A DNA stretch of 64,000 bases from the NCBI GenBank assembly GCA_040752415.1, contig JBFMGU010000010.1, forward strand, positions 1 through 64,000. Reading direction: 5' to 3'. The notes below the pieces were generated by a model, which searched no databases, was not told where the DNA came from, and saw only the letters and a list, made by a program, of their open reading frames with translations. The translations under genes and the position numbers were made by a program. The stretch comes from Myxococcota bacterium (GTDB lineage Bacteria > Myxococcota > JACRCW01). Shown here in pieces: positions 1 through 9,437 of the stretch; position 1 is the stretch's first letter; each line of letters begins with the position of its first letter.

Positions 1-2
1 TC

Positions 3-212
3 GTGGCGCTGCCGCTCCCCACCTGGCTCGTGCGGCTCGGGGCCTTCGGCGTGGCCGGGGTGCTCCTCCTCCGGGGCGCCGTCGGGTTCGCCGAGGCGCG
101 CTTGCGGCCGGAGGTGCGAGGGTCGCGTTATGCTCGGCTCAACGTGAGCCTCTACTCGCCCCTCTGCCTCGCCCTCGGCGCCGGCACGCTCCTCGCGACG
201 GGGGCCGCTTGA
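3..212 (+). CDS. DUF3995-like membrane protein, 5'-truncated by window edge
   Basis: Hydrophobic C-terminus with YARLNVSLYSPLCLALG, resembling DUF3995 C-termini; stop overlaps the TetR start (TTGA). Confidence 0.6.
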   Translation: MALPLPTWLVRLGAFGVAGVLLLRGAVGFAEARLRPEVRGSRYARLNVSLYSPLCLALGAGTLLATGAA

Positions 213-745
213 GCCGCGTCTCGCGCAAGGACTGGTGCACGGCGGGGCTCGGGCTCCTGCGAGACGAGGGGCACGAGGCGCTGACCATCGACCGGGTGGC
301 GACGGCGATTGGCAAGTCGAAGGGCTCCTTCTACCACCACTTCGAGGATCTCTCGTCCTTCCACGCCGCGCTCCTCGCCACGTGGGAGGAGGAGCTCACC
401 GAGCGGCCCATTGCCCAAGCTGACGCCGCGGCGCGACGCAGGGCTGCGCGGCTCGACGAGGTGGTGCTCGGGCTCGACCACGCGCTCGACCGCGCGGTGC
501 GGGCGTGGGCCAACGCCGACGCGCGGGCGAAGGACGCCGTGGTGCGCGTCGACGAGCGGCGCATCGCGTACCTCGCCGGGATCCACCGCGAGGCCGGCCA
601 CCGCGACGCGCGCACGCTCGCGGAGCTCGAGTACGCGGCCTTCGTGGGATTCGAGCACCTGGACATCCTCACGACGGAGAAGGCGGAGAAGCTCGGGAGG
701 AAGCTGCGCAGGGCGCTGGCGATGCTGGGAGGAGGAGGGACCTAG
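209..745 (+). CDS. TetR/AcrR family transcriptional regulator
   Basis: N-terminal HTH LTIDRVATAIGKSKGSFYHHF; 178 aa. Confidence 0.93.
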   Translation: MSRVSRKDWCTAGLGLLRDEGHEALTIDRVATAIGKSKGSFYHHFEDLSSFHAALLATWEEELTERPIAQADAAARRRAARLDEVVLGLDHALDRAVRAWANADARAKDAVVRVDERRIAYLAGIHREAGHRDARTLAELEYAAFVGFEHLDILTTEKAEKLGRKLRRALAMLGGGGT

Positions 746-807
746 CAGGTTGGGTCTCCCAAGCAGGAGTGCTCCAAGCCGGCGCGAGCCAAGACCTCGT
801 CCTCGTT

Positions 808-949
808 CTCTGGGTCGCGCCCGCAGCTTCTGGAGCGGCGCCAAGCGCGCGGGCGCCTTCTTCTTCACGCGCGCCTCTTCGTACGGCCCGCACACGGGCA
901 GGTAGTCGCAGCGGCGACAAGCCCCCGCGACCGGCGCGGCGGGAAGAAA
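808..949 (-). pseudogene. Relic C-terminal fragment of an AddB-like PD-(D/E)XK nuclease
   Basis: Reads FLPAAPVAGACRRCDYLPVCGPYEEARVKKK (CxxC-x5-C Fe-S motif); in-frame TGA just upstream at 979-977, with no N-terminal portion present. Confidence 0.6.
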
Positions 950-1028
950 ACGGAGGAGAGAGGCCCGGCGCGGTGGTCACTGGTCCTTGGGTGCTTGGCG
1001 CGGCCGGGCTTGCCACCATGACGCGCGA

Positions 1029-1943
1029 TCACAACGCTCCAGTCAACGCGAGCTCCATGGTGAGGTCCACGTTGATGACCGCTGCCGCCTGGGTGCCCTG
1101 CGCCGCCGCGGAGATGGCCGATTGCACGCGGGTGGTCAGGTCGCCCGCCGCGTAGACGCCGGGAAGAGACGTCTCGCGTTTCATCGGGTCGACGCGAACG
1201 CAGCCGTCGTCGTCGAGCGCGACGCCCAAATCACGAATCAGCTCGACCTGCCGTTGCGGCGGGTGCACGAAGAGCGCATCGCACGACACGGCCGCGCCAT
1301 TGGCGAGCGCGACCGCTTCGAGTCGCTGCTCCTTCGCGACGAGGCGCACCACCCGCGCGGTTTCGAGCCGGATGCCCGCGGTTTCGAGCTTCACGCGGGT
1401 CTCTTGTGGCACGTCGAACGCACCGCCAGTGAACACGACGACGTCGCGCGTCCAGCTCCGGGCCTGGATCGCGAAAGGCAGCAGCTTCTCGTCCGCGGCG
1501 CGGGCCAGATAGCCCCAGCGTCGGTCCTGCGCTTCCCAGCCGTGGCAATAAGGGCACTGGAAGATGGCGCGTCCCCAGAGCTCGCGGAATCCGTCGATGG
1601 GCAGCATCTCGTCGATCATTCCGGTGCAGAGGAGCATGCGACGAGCTTCGACGGTCCCAGAGCCCAGGCCGACCTGGAATGCGCCGCGCGTTCCCGAAAT
1701 CGACTGGACGTGGACGTCGCGAATCTCGACATTGGGGTACGTCGCGAGTTGCTGACGCCCGACGCGGCGGAACTCGTTGGGCGGTGTTCCGTCTCGGGTG
1801 ACGAAATTGTGAATGTTCTCCGCAGCCGCGTTCCGTCGCGGCCCGGAATCGCACAGCAGAACACGTTTGCGCGCGCGTCCCAGCGCGAGCGCAGCGGAGA
1901 GGCCGCCGGGGCCGCCTCCCACGATGACGACGTCGTACAGCAT
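1029..1943 (-). CDS. NAD(P)/FAD-dependent oxidoreductase, thioredoxin reductase-like
   Basis: YDVVIVGGGPGG FAD motif, CPYC redox motif, GVYAAGD; start moved to ATG 1943 behind a GAGGAG RBS. Confidence 0.92.
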   Translation of the reverse strand: MLYDVVIVGGGPGGLSAALALGRARKRVLLCDSGPRRNAAAENIHNFVTRDGTPPNEFRRVGRQQLATYPNVEIRDVHVQSISGTRGAFQVGLGSGTVEARRMLLCTGMIDEMLPIDGFRELWGRAIFQCPYCHGWEAQDRRWGYLARAADEKLLPFAIQARSWTRDVVVFTGGAFDVPQETRVKLETAGIRLETARVVRLVAKEQRLEAVALANGAAVSCDALFVHPPQRQVELIRDLGVALDDDGCVRVDPMKRETSLPGVYAAGDLTTRVQSAISAAAQGTQAAAVINVDLTMELALTGAL

Positions 1944-2080
1944 GTCGGATCTCCTCGTTGATGGGTTGGGTTCCCCCCCAGGTCCCTCGGGCCGACGCAC
2001 AGCCCTGGACGACGATTGCGGCGCTGCGCGCGGTGCTTGCCTGGCGCCATCCTCGTCGCGTGGAACGCGGCCGGCCGCGC

Positions 2081-2542
2081 CTATCCAGGCTCAATCTCCG
2101 AGTGATGAGAACGACCACGCGCGACCATGCGCGCATGAAAGTCGGCGCTCAGCATTGCCAACGTCACTTCGCCAAGGCGCTTGAGCAGCAGTGCCTCGAC
2201 GTCCTGGAATGACTTGTTGAGCGCGGCATTCACGGCCTCTTCGACGAGGCAACCCGGCGTTTCCGTGCGGTTGCCGATCGCCAGGAGCGAGGGGCTGCCA
2301 AGCGCGGCGTAGACGTCGTGCAGAGTCACTTTCGAAAGGTCACACGCGAGCGTCCATCCGCCGCCGTGTCCTTTGACGGAGCGGACGTATCCCTGGTCCC
2401 GTAGCCCAGCCATGATCCGGCGGATGACGACGGGGTTCGTCTGCATCACCTTCGCGAGCATCTCGGAGGTCGTGGCGCCGTCGTGCTCCGCCATGTGCAG
2501 CAGGACGTGGAGGACCCCTGACAGTCGGCTGTCGCGTCTCAT
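2081..2542 (-). CDS. Rrf2 family transcriptional regulator
   Basis: [17 protein letters not shown]...[14 protein letters not shown]...SVKGHGGGW...VTLHDVY; directly upstream of the oxidoreductase. Confidence 0.92.
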   Translation of the reverse strand: MRRDSRLSGVLHVLLHMAEHDGATTSEMLAKVMQTNPVVIRRIMAGLRDQGYVRSVKGHGGGWTLACDLSKVTLHDVYAALGSPSLLAIGNRTETPGCLVEEAVNAALNKSFQDVEALLLKRLGEVTLAMLSADFHARMVARGRSHHSEIEPG

Positions 2543-2578
2543 GTAATTTGATATGTTACATGAGTGACCGAGTGTCAA
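2538..2578 (-). promoter_or_regulatory. Rrf2 operator (9-bp inverted repeat) overlapping the start codon, plus -35 TTGACA
   Basis: CTCATGTAA-N9-TTACATGAG at 2538-2564; TTGACA on the minus strand at 2578-2573; AT-rich patch in a GC-rich context. Confidence 0.75.
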
Positions 2579-2727
2579 GCAATCGGCTCCGGCTTGGTTT
2601 CGGCAGACCCAAGAAGTGGCACTGGCAGGCGCGCTCCCCGCGCCGCAACTTGTGCGTCATCGCGGTCGACCGGCCACGCTTGCGCGCGGTGGCGTCGACG
2701 CGGATGCTGGCGGCCGGAGCGCGGGAG

Positions 2728-3309
2728 ATGAACACGCGGTTGAGTCGGCGAGAGCTGTTGTTGCATGCCGCGAGCGCGGCCGGGGGCATCTCCCTGGGCG
2801 CGGCGTGGTTGGCGGCGTGCTCTGCGCCGTCGCGCGCGCGCCGGGATGAAGCGGTGAATGCGCGGAGCGCGCGGGTGCTGGACGCGGAGGAGTGGCGCTT
2901 CTTCAGCGCGGTGCAGGCGCAGCTCCTGCCCTCCGGGCCGGGGTCGCCGGGCGCGCGCGAGATCAACGCCACCGGTTACCTGGACGCGGCACTCTCCGAC
3001 GCTGCCGTGGACCTGGGCGACGTGGAGCGCCTCCGCGCCGGCGTGGCCACGCTCCAGGAACGCGCCCGCACGACGCACGGGAAGGCTTTTGCCGACGTGG
3101 ACGCGGCGCAGCAGGAAGCCCTGCTGAAGGCCTGGCAACGTGACGAGGCGGGCGAGGAGTGGCTGGGTCTCCTCCTCGTCTTCACGCTGGAGGCGTTGTT
3201 GGGAGATCCCGTCTACGGCGGCAACCCCGACGGCGTTGGCTGGCATTGGCTGGAGCACCACCCCGGCATGCCGCGCCCGCGACAACCCCACGCGCGGGGC
3301 CGTGCATGA
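2728..3309 (+). CDS. Gluconate 2-dehydrogenase subunit 3 family protein, Tat-exported
   Basis: Twin-arginine SRRELL signal; PGAREINATGYLD and DPVYGGN motifs; ATGA overlap with the GMC gene. Confidence 0.85.
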   Translation: MNTRLSRRELLLHAASAAGGISLGAAWLAACSAPSRARRDEAVNARSARVLDAEEWRFFSAVQAQLLPSGPGSPGAREINATGYLDAALSDAAVDLGDVERLRAGVATLQERARTTHGKAFADVDAAQQEALLKAWQRDEAGEEWLGLLLVFTLEALLGDPVYGGNPDGVGWHWLEHHPGMPRPRQPHARGRA

Positions 3310-4985
3310 GCGCCGACTTCGACGTGTGCATCATCGGCAGCGGTGCGGGCGGCGGTCCCGTGGCGTTCGCGCTGGCCCAGGCGGGCCGCTCCGTGGTGGT
3401 GCTGGAGAAGGGGCCGTGGCTGCGGGAAGGGGACTTCAGCAAGGACGAGATCGGTGATTGTCGTCGGAACCGCTTCGTGACCGACCGGCGCGTGGAGCCG
3501 CACGCCGTGGAGATTCCCGAGGACGGCGCCTGGCGCACGTACCCGACGCCGGAGACGGGCTGGGATTTCTGGAACGGCAACATGGTGGGTGGTGCCTCGA
3601 ACCTGATGAGCGGGTTCTTCCACCGTCTCAAGCCGGATGACTTCCGTCTCAAGAGCGCGTTCGGCCCCGTCGAGGGCGCGGAGGTGGAGGACTGGCCCAT
3701 CACCTACGACGAGCTGGAGCCGTACTACGACCTCGTCGAGCGCGTGGTGGGCGTGTCCGGCCGCGTGGTGCCGCATCCTCACGCGGACCGTCGCTCCAGC
3801 CCGGACCTGCCATTCCCGCCGCTGGTGGAGCATCCGCTCTCGTCGTGGATTGACCGCCTGGGCGCGGAGATGGGCCTGCATCCCTTCCCGGTGCCGCGCG
3901 CCATCCTCTCGGCACCAGCGCATGGTCGCGGCAGTTGTTCCTATTCGCGCTATTGCGGTTCCTATGGCTGCGCCACCGGCGCCAAGGGCAGCTCCCGCGC
4001 GGCTTTGATCCAGCGCGCCGTGGCGACGGGCCGGTGCGAAGTGCGCGCGCAGTGCATGGCGCGACGCATCCACACCGACGCGCAGGGACGCATCACCCAC
4101 GTGGAGTATCACGAGGAGCACGGCAAGGTGGGAGCGGTCAGTGCGCGCGTGTACGTGGTGGCGTGTCAGTCCATCGAGACGGCGCGCCTGCTGCTGTTGT
4201 CGACGGGACCGAAGCACCCGCGCGGGTTGGCGAACTCCTCGGGACAGGTGGGGCGGAACCTCCTGTTCTCGACGGCAGCGTGGGGACGCGCCAGCCTGCC
4301 CTACCGGAAGTTCAAGCCCGACGAGGTGGAAGCGCTGCAGAACCAGGCGCCCTTCATCAACCGCGCGTTCCAGGACTGGTACTCCTTCACCGACGAGACC
4401 GGCACGCGCATGAAGGGCGGAACGCTGGAGCTCCTGTTCGCGCACCCCAATCCCATCAGCCAGGCCATCACCGCCGCGTATTCCGGCGACGACGGCGTCC
4501 TGTGGGGTTGGCCGCTGAAGAAGAAGCTGGAGGAGCACTTCAAGGGCGCGCGGCACCTGCTGTTCGAGGTGTTCGCCGACTGGATGCCGCACCCGGATTG
4601 CCACGTCACGCTGGATCCCGACGTGAAGGATCGTTTCGGCTTGCCGGTGGCGCGCGTGCGCGTGGGCAAGCATCCGCGCAACAAGGTGGTGGGCACCTTC
4701 CTCGCCGAGCGCGGCATCGAGATCCTGCGCAAGCTGGGTGGTGAAGAGCTGGTGATGTCCTCCCGCGGTGCACCCGCCACCAACCTGCTCGCCGGCGCGT
4801 GTCGGTTCGGGACGGACCCGGAGAAGAGCGCGCTGGACCGTGACTGCCGCGCCCACGACGTGGAGAACCTGTTTGTGACCGACGGCAGCTTCATGCCCAC
4901 CGGCGGCAGCGTCCCCTTCACGTTCACCATCTACGCCAACGCGTTCCGGGTGGCTGAGAAGATCCGCGCGCAGCTGGGCGGGTGA
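3306..4985 (+). CDS. GMC family oxidoreductase (flavoprotein subunit)
   Basis: DVCIIGSGAGGG FAD motif, VGGAS, Cys cluster CSYSRYCGSYGC, C-terminal NLFVTDGSFMPT. Confidence 0.92.
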   Translation: MSADFDVCIIGSGAGGGPVAFALAQAGRSVVVLEKGPWLREGDFSKDEIGDCRRNRFVTDRRVEPHAVEIPEDGAWRTYPTPETGWDFWNGNMVGGASNLMSGFFHRLKPDDFRLKSAFGPVEGAEVEDWPITYDELEPYYDLVERVVGVSGRVVPHPHADRRSSPDLPFPPLVEHPLSSWIDRLGAEMGLHPFPVPRAILSAPAHGRGSCSYSRYCGSYGCATGAKGSSRAALIQRAVATGRCEVRAQCMARRIHTDAQGRITHVEYHEEHGKVGAVSARVYVVACQSIETARLLLLSTGPKHPRGLANSSGQVGRNLLFSTAAWGRASLPYRKFKPDEVEALQNQAPFINRAFQDWYSFTDETGTRMKGGTLELLFAHPNPISQAITAAYSGDDGVLWGWPLKKKLEEHFKGARHLLFEVFADWMPHPDCHVTLDPDVKDRFGLPVARVRVGKHPRNKVVGTFLAERGIEILRKLGGEELVMSSRGAPATNLLAGACRFGTDPEKSALDRDCRAHDVENLFVTDGSFMPTGGSVPFTFTIYANAFRVAEKIRAQLGG

Positions 4986-4994
4986 CGGCGAGGG

Positions 4995-5411
4995 TCAATC
5001 CTCGATGGAGCGGCCGGTGCGCGGGCGCTGCTTGCCGCCGGTGTTGGAGAGGTCATCCGCGGTGGGGCACTTGCGGTCCACGCCACACGTCCGGAGCGTG
5101 AAGTCCCACGCGCCATCCTCGACGACGTACGGCGTTCCCCACGGGTCGCGCGAGGGGTCACCGCCTTTGCTCTGGAACCCGTCGCGGATGTGCTGGTGCA
5201 CGTTGTCAGGCAGGTTGCCGCGGTGCGAGCGCGCGTAGGCCTCCAGCGACGACACGTACTGACCCATGTTGATGTACGACATCATGTAGAACGACGAGCT
5301 CTTCAGCATGCGGAAACACTGCGAGTAGCTCAGCGCGCTCCCCCGCATCGCGTAGATGATCGCGAAGATGGGGATCATGCGCCAGATGAAGAAGGAGATG
5401 AGGCGGCTCAT
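4995..5411 (-). CDS. Small exported protein with GspG/pseudopilin-like C-terminal motif
   Basis: N-terminal hydrophobic helix; RDPWGTPY...GVD...TADD resembles the T2SS GspG C-domain; ATGA overlap with the upstream gene. Confidence 0.55.
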   Translation of the reverse strand: MSRLISFFIWRMIPIFAIIYAMRGSALSYSQCFRMLKSSSFYMMSYINMGQYVSSLEAYARSHRGNLPDNVHQHIRDGFQSKGGDPSRDPWGTPYVVEDGAWDFTLRTCGVDRKCPTADDLSNTGGKQRPRTGRSIED

Positions 5412-7354
5412 GCGTCACCTCCGGCTCGGGAGCGGGCCGCGTCGCTGACGCGCATGCCAAAGGAGAAGTCGGCGGCCAGGGCGGTGAAGAAGTCCTCGCG
5501 ACCCAGCTCCAACACCAGCGTCTCCTCGTCGGCGGTGACCGTGGCGTTGCGTGGTTTCTGCGAGACCAGCGCCACCTCGCCCGCGAACTCACCCGGTCCC
5601 AGGCGGGCAAGCGCGCGGTCACCCGACGTCACCTTCAACGCGCCGCGCACCACGACGTAGAAGTGCTCTCCCGGCTCGCCTTCACGCATGAGCACCTCAC
5701 CCGCGCGGAGAGGACGGGGGCGTGCACGACGGAGCAGACGCCCGAGGTCCTGGGAGGACATGCCCTGGAAGAGCGGGCTTTTCCGAAGACGCTGCGCGAG
5801 CTGCAACCACTGGCTGACCTGCGCCGGCTCCAGCCCCGAGGCGGCAATGCCCGCCCAGAAGCCCTCGCGGGACAGCACCAGCAGCCGACTCTTCTCCAAT
5901 GCCTGCACCGTGGCGCGTCGACGTCCTTCCGAGAGCAGCGCCATCTCCCCGAATGCGTCCGGCGCGGTCAGCTCCGTCAATTGTTCCCGCCGACCGCTCT
6001 CGTGCTCGTGGAGGACGGCGAGGCGGCCGCTCTGGATGATGAAGAACTCCTGCCCCTCCTCACCCTGCCGCACCACCAGCGCGCCCTTGGGAAAGTCCCG
6101 CACCGTGCTCTGCGTGGCCATCTGCTGGATCGCAGCTTCCGGCAACGTGGCGAACAGCGGCGTGGCGGACAACGTGGGAATGAGGTGTCGGGGATCCTGC
6201 TCGGAGCGCGGCACGACGGAAGCGGAACGTCGCTCACGCAGGTGGTTGCCCAGCCACGTTCCCAGCGCCAGCAGCGGACCACCCAGCGCGAAGAGCACCG
6301 CAAGAGCCATGAGCCCCAGCACCACCGCGCCCTCCGCGCGCTCCGTTCCCTCCGACGACAACACCGAGAGCAGCGCGGGGATGAGCCCACCGTGCAACGC
6401 CGCGCCCAGCAGGGCCAGCCCGCCGTAGATCCACAGCGGATAGACGAGCGCGAGCCCGAGCCACGCTGCCTCCCCCGGCGCGGGCACACCGCCCTGCACC
6501 ATGCGTCGCAGCAGGTGACGACGGAGATACGCCCGCGCGTCGTGCCACACGTCCTCCGAGCCGCTCACCGCGCGCGCCAGCTCCGCCAACGACGAGCGAC
6601 CGAACGGCCTCAGCTCCCACCACAGCGCTAGCGTCGTGGCGGTGAGCACACCCGCGGGCACCCCGCCCGCCTGGTGCGTCAGCAACACCGCGAGCGCCGC
6701 CACGAGGACGTACGCAAGCGAGAGGGAGGCGCGTGTCCCCGGCCCCGCCGCCACGACGTCACGCGCGTCGATCCAGAGGTGCGGGATGCCCAACGAGAAC
6801 GCCACGCCCACGCCGAAGGGACGGATTCCCGCGAGGGAGAGCACCACCGTGGAGAGCAGGGACTGCGCGGACCACACCAGGGACAACGTCAGCACCGCGG
6901 GCAGCAGGAACGTGCCCGGACCGGCGTGCGCGGGGGAGAGCGCCAGGGTGGCCAGCGCGGCAGCGAGCGCGGGCGCGGCAAGGAGCCACCAGGTGACGAC
7001 GTTGATGGAGCGGCCCGGCTGCGCGGCCAGCGGAACGCGCACCACCAGGGCCAGGGGGCCGCGACGACGACGTGCGCCCGGCGACGCCGGCTCAAGCATC
7101 CCGTGACGACGGAGCCGCTGCACCGCATCCAGCAGCTCGCGCAGGCCGGGACCCGCGCCGGATTCCAGGAGGTCCTGTGCCACCTCGCGCAGGGGACGCC
7201 TTCCGTCGAGGCGGGAGAGCGCGCGCCAGGTTGTCTCCGGCAGCCGCTCGTATTCCCCCGCGCTTGGGCGACGCAGCAGCACCTGTCCACCGGGCATGGG
7301 ATGCGCGGTCACGTCGGGCGCCACGCGCAAGACCAGCTCTTCCACCCGCTCCAT
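5408..7354 (-). CDS. Membrane protein: PqqD-like N-domain, degenerate M50-like region, two cyclic nucleotide-binding domains
   Basis: LSRLDGRRPLREV (PqqD/RRE-like); multiple TM helices; two cNMP domains (FGEMALL...RRATV and AGEVALV...RNATV); ATG 7354 with GGGAGG RBS. Confidence 0.8.
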   Translation of the reverse strand: MERVEELVLRVAPDVTAHPMPGGQVLLRRPSAGEYERLPETTWRALSRLDGRRPLREVAQDLLESGAGPGLRELLDAVQRLRRHGMLEPASPGARRRRGPLALVVRVPLAAQPGRSINVVTWWLLAAPALAAALATLALSPAHAGPGTFLLPAVLTLSLVWSAQSLLSTVVLSLAGIRPFGVGVAFSLGIPHLWIDARDVVAAGPGTRASLSLAYVLVAALAVLLTHQAGGVPAGVLTATTLALWWELRPFGRSSLAELARAVSGSEDVWHDARAYLRRHLLRRMVQGGVPAPGEAAWLGLALVYPLWIYGGLALLGAALHGGLIPALLSVLSSEGTERAEGAVVLGLMALAVLFALGGPLLALGTWLGNHLRERRSASVVPRSEQDPRHLIPTLSATPLFATLPEAAIQQMATQSTVRDFPKGALVVRQGEEGQEFFIIQSGRLAVLHEHESGRREQLTELTAPDAFGEMALLSEGRRRATVQALEKSRLLVLSREGFWAGIAASGLEPAQVSQWLQLAQRLRKSPLFQGMSSQDLGRLLRRARPRPLRAGEVLMREGEPGEHFYVVVRGALKVTSGDRALARLGPGEFAGEVALVSQKPRNATVTADEETLVLELGREDFFTALAADFSFGMRVSDAARSRAGGDA

Positions 7355-7415
7355 GTCAGGCCCTCCCTTCGATGTCGCCGAGGCATCCCATCGCCGGTGC
7401 GTCAGGGTCAACGCC

Positions 7416-7772
7416 TCACGTCCTGCCGCCGCGACGTCGCTCCAACTCGCGACGCAGCTCGCGCTCCTCGCTGCCTTCACGCCACCGCGAGAGCAACGCC
7501 ACGCCCATGATGACCGCCACCGCCCCGACGAGAACCGAGGTGGCAGCGCGATTCATGGGCCGTCCCAGGATCATCCAGGTGGCGGTGAAGCCCTGTTCCT
7601 CGAGGAGACGGGCCAGCACTTCGTAGAGCTGACGGAAGACGCCCACCGCCAGCGCCAGGCCCACCAGGAGCCCAAGCACACGCCGCGCGCGAGTTGCGTT
7701 GAATGCCAAGCAGCAACCTCCAGCGGTGTGCGTTGTCGACGAGGCAACGGCCGCCGCGACGCATTCCACCAC
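7416..7772 (-). CDS. Small two-TM hypothetical membrane protein (start uncertain)
   Basis: Two hydrophobic segments and a charged C-terminal tail; co-directional and just upstream of the cNMP gene. Confidence 0.45.
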   Translation of the reverse strand: MVECVAAAVASSTTHTAGGCCLAFNATRARRVLGLLVGLALAVGVFRQLYEVLARLLEEQGFTATWMILGRPMNRAATSVLVGAVAVIMGVALLSRWREGSEERELRRELERRRGGRT

Positions 7773-7890
7773 AGGTTGCCGCCCGACCGCACGCCGTCAT
7801 CACGCGGTGCGTCATCCCACGGCTCGCGAGGTTTGCGTTGACGCGCGTGGCCACCTATCTGCAAGCCGTCCCTCCGACGTGGAGAAACCC

Positions 7891-9351
7891 ATGACCACCA
7901 TCCAGCCCAAGAGCGTCCATTCCGCCATCAACCGTGCCACCGTCGACAAGCTGGTGACGGAGGGTGAGGCGCAGAAGGTTCCCGCCGCCATCATCAAGGA
8001 CCTGCTGGCGTCGTCCAACCCGTCGGAGACGTTGAAGCTGGCGGCGCAGCGCCTGAAGGACTTCCTGGCGCCCTTCCACGGTGGACCGGAGAACGCCGAC
8101 GGCGTGCGCATGGATCAAGCCGCACGCTACAAGCTTTCCGACCTGGCTGACGCGCTGGAGCGCGCGGGCAACGAGCTGGAGACCATCAAGGGCGGCGCGT
8201 TCTCCCTGGTCATGGGCCTGGCCAGCGACGACGGAAAGCTGCAGACCGGCGAGATCACGCAGCTGCGCAAGATGGCCGAGAAGATGGTGGCGGGCGCGCC
8301 GGACCCGGCGGCCGTGGCGGGAACGCTCAAGGACATCCTCATTGCGTTCGAGGGTCGCCTGGAGATGGCCAAGGTGTGGGGCCAGGGACCCACGCGCGAC
8401 GAGGTGGTGAGCGCGCAGGCCTCGCGGCGCATGGACGCGCTGAGCACGTTCCTGGGCGGCGTCATTGCGCAGCATCTCACCGGCGCCAACGGCGGCACCG
8501 TGGATCCCGACGGGGAGTTCGCCAAGGGCGTCAAGGACATGATGTCGCAGGGCGGCGGGTTTGGCGGGAACTTCGCGCTGCTGGCGCTGCCCGGTCTCGT
8601 CGACGCGGAGCTGGGGAAGTACGACTCCACCGGTTTCAGCGGGCCCGCGAAGTTGAAGCTGGATGCGCAGGCGGAGGCGCGCGGCAAGGAGCTCTTGAAG
8701 TACGTGGACTCCCTCCCCGGAGACACCTCCGACATCAAGGAGCGGCTCTATCGCCTGGTGGCCGGTACGTTCTGTCCGCCGGACATGAAGGACCAGCTGC
8801 AGCAGCAGCTCAGCTCCGCGGACAGCGACGAGCTGAAGGGCGCCCTGGAGCGCATGCGTCAGCAAGCCAAGGAGCTGGAGGGTACGCGCAGCTTCTCCGT
8901 CCGTCGTGAGCGCGCGGCCATGCAGGAGGGGATTGGGTTGATTGAAGGTGAGCTGGCACGTCGCGCGGAGGCCAGCGGGTTGACGCGTCTGGATACGCCG
9001 GAGCGTCGCAAGGCGGTGGTGGAGCTGCTGAAGTCCGACGCCAACGTGGGACCCATGCTGCAGGGCGGCGGGAAGATCGACGCCGACAAGATGGTGTTCC
9101 TGACGTGGGACCAGGCGCGCGAGGCGGCGAAGAAGGACTTCGCGCCGAACGTGGACCTGGACTCGGTGCTCATGAACCTGGCGGGCGCGGCCAACTCGCT
9201 CCGTCGGGACGCGGTGGAGAACCACGCCTTTGCGCGCGTGCCCCTGCGCGTCCCCGGGGAGAGCGAGGCGTTCCCGGCCACCGTGGTGCTGCGTCGCTCC
9301 GGCAACGAGTGGACGCCCGCGCGCGTGGCCGACGGGGTGGTTCCGTTCTGA
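7891..9351 (+). CDS. Hypothetical alpha-helical protein (486 aa)
   Basis: Strong GC3 codon bias; GGAG RBS before ATG 7891; no recognised motifs or signal peptide. Confidence 0.8.
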   Translation: MTTIQPKSVHSAINRATVDKLVTEGEAQKVPAAIIKDLLASSNPSETLKLAAQRLKDFLAPFHGGPENADGVRMDQAARYKLSDLADALERAGNELETIKGGAFSLVMGLASDDGKLQTGEITQLRKMAEKMVAGAPDPAAVAGTLKDILIAFEGRLEMAKVWGQGPTRDEVVSAQASRRMDALSTFLGGVIAQHLTGANGGTVDPDGEFAKGVKDMMSQGGGFGGNFALLALPGLVDAELGKYDSTGFSGPAKLKLDAQAEARGKELLKYVDSLPGDTSDIKERLYRLVAGTFCPPDMKDQLQQQLSSADSDELKGALERMRQQAKELEGTRSFSVRRERAAMQEGIGLIEGELARRAEASGLTRLDTPERRKAVVELLKSDANVGPMLQGGGKIDADKMVFLTWDQAREAAKKDFAPNVDLDSVLMNLAGAANSLRRDAVENHAFARVPLRVPGESEAFPATVVLRRSGNEWTPARVADGVVPF

Positions 9352-9437
9352 GCGCGCAACATCCAATCCCCACAGCGTGATGCCGTTCGTTGGCCTGGAT
9401 GCGGTCACGTTAACCCGCCGCTAAGCCGGAAGGTGGC

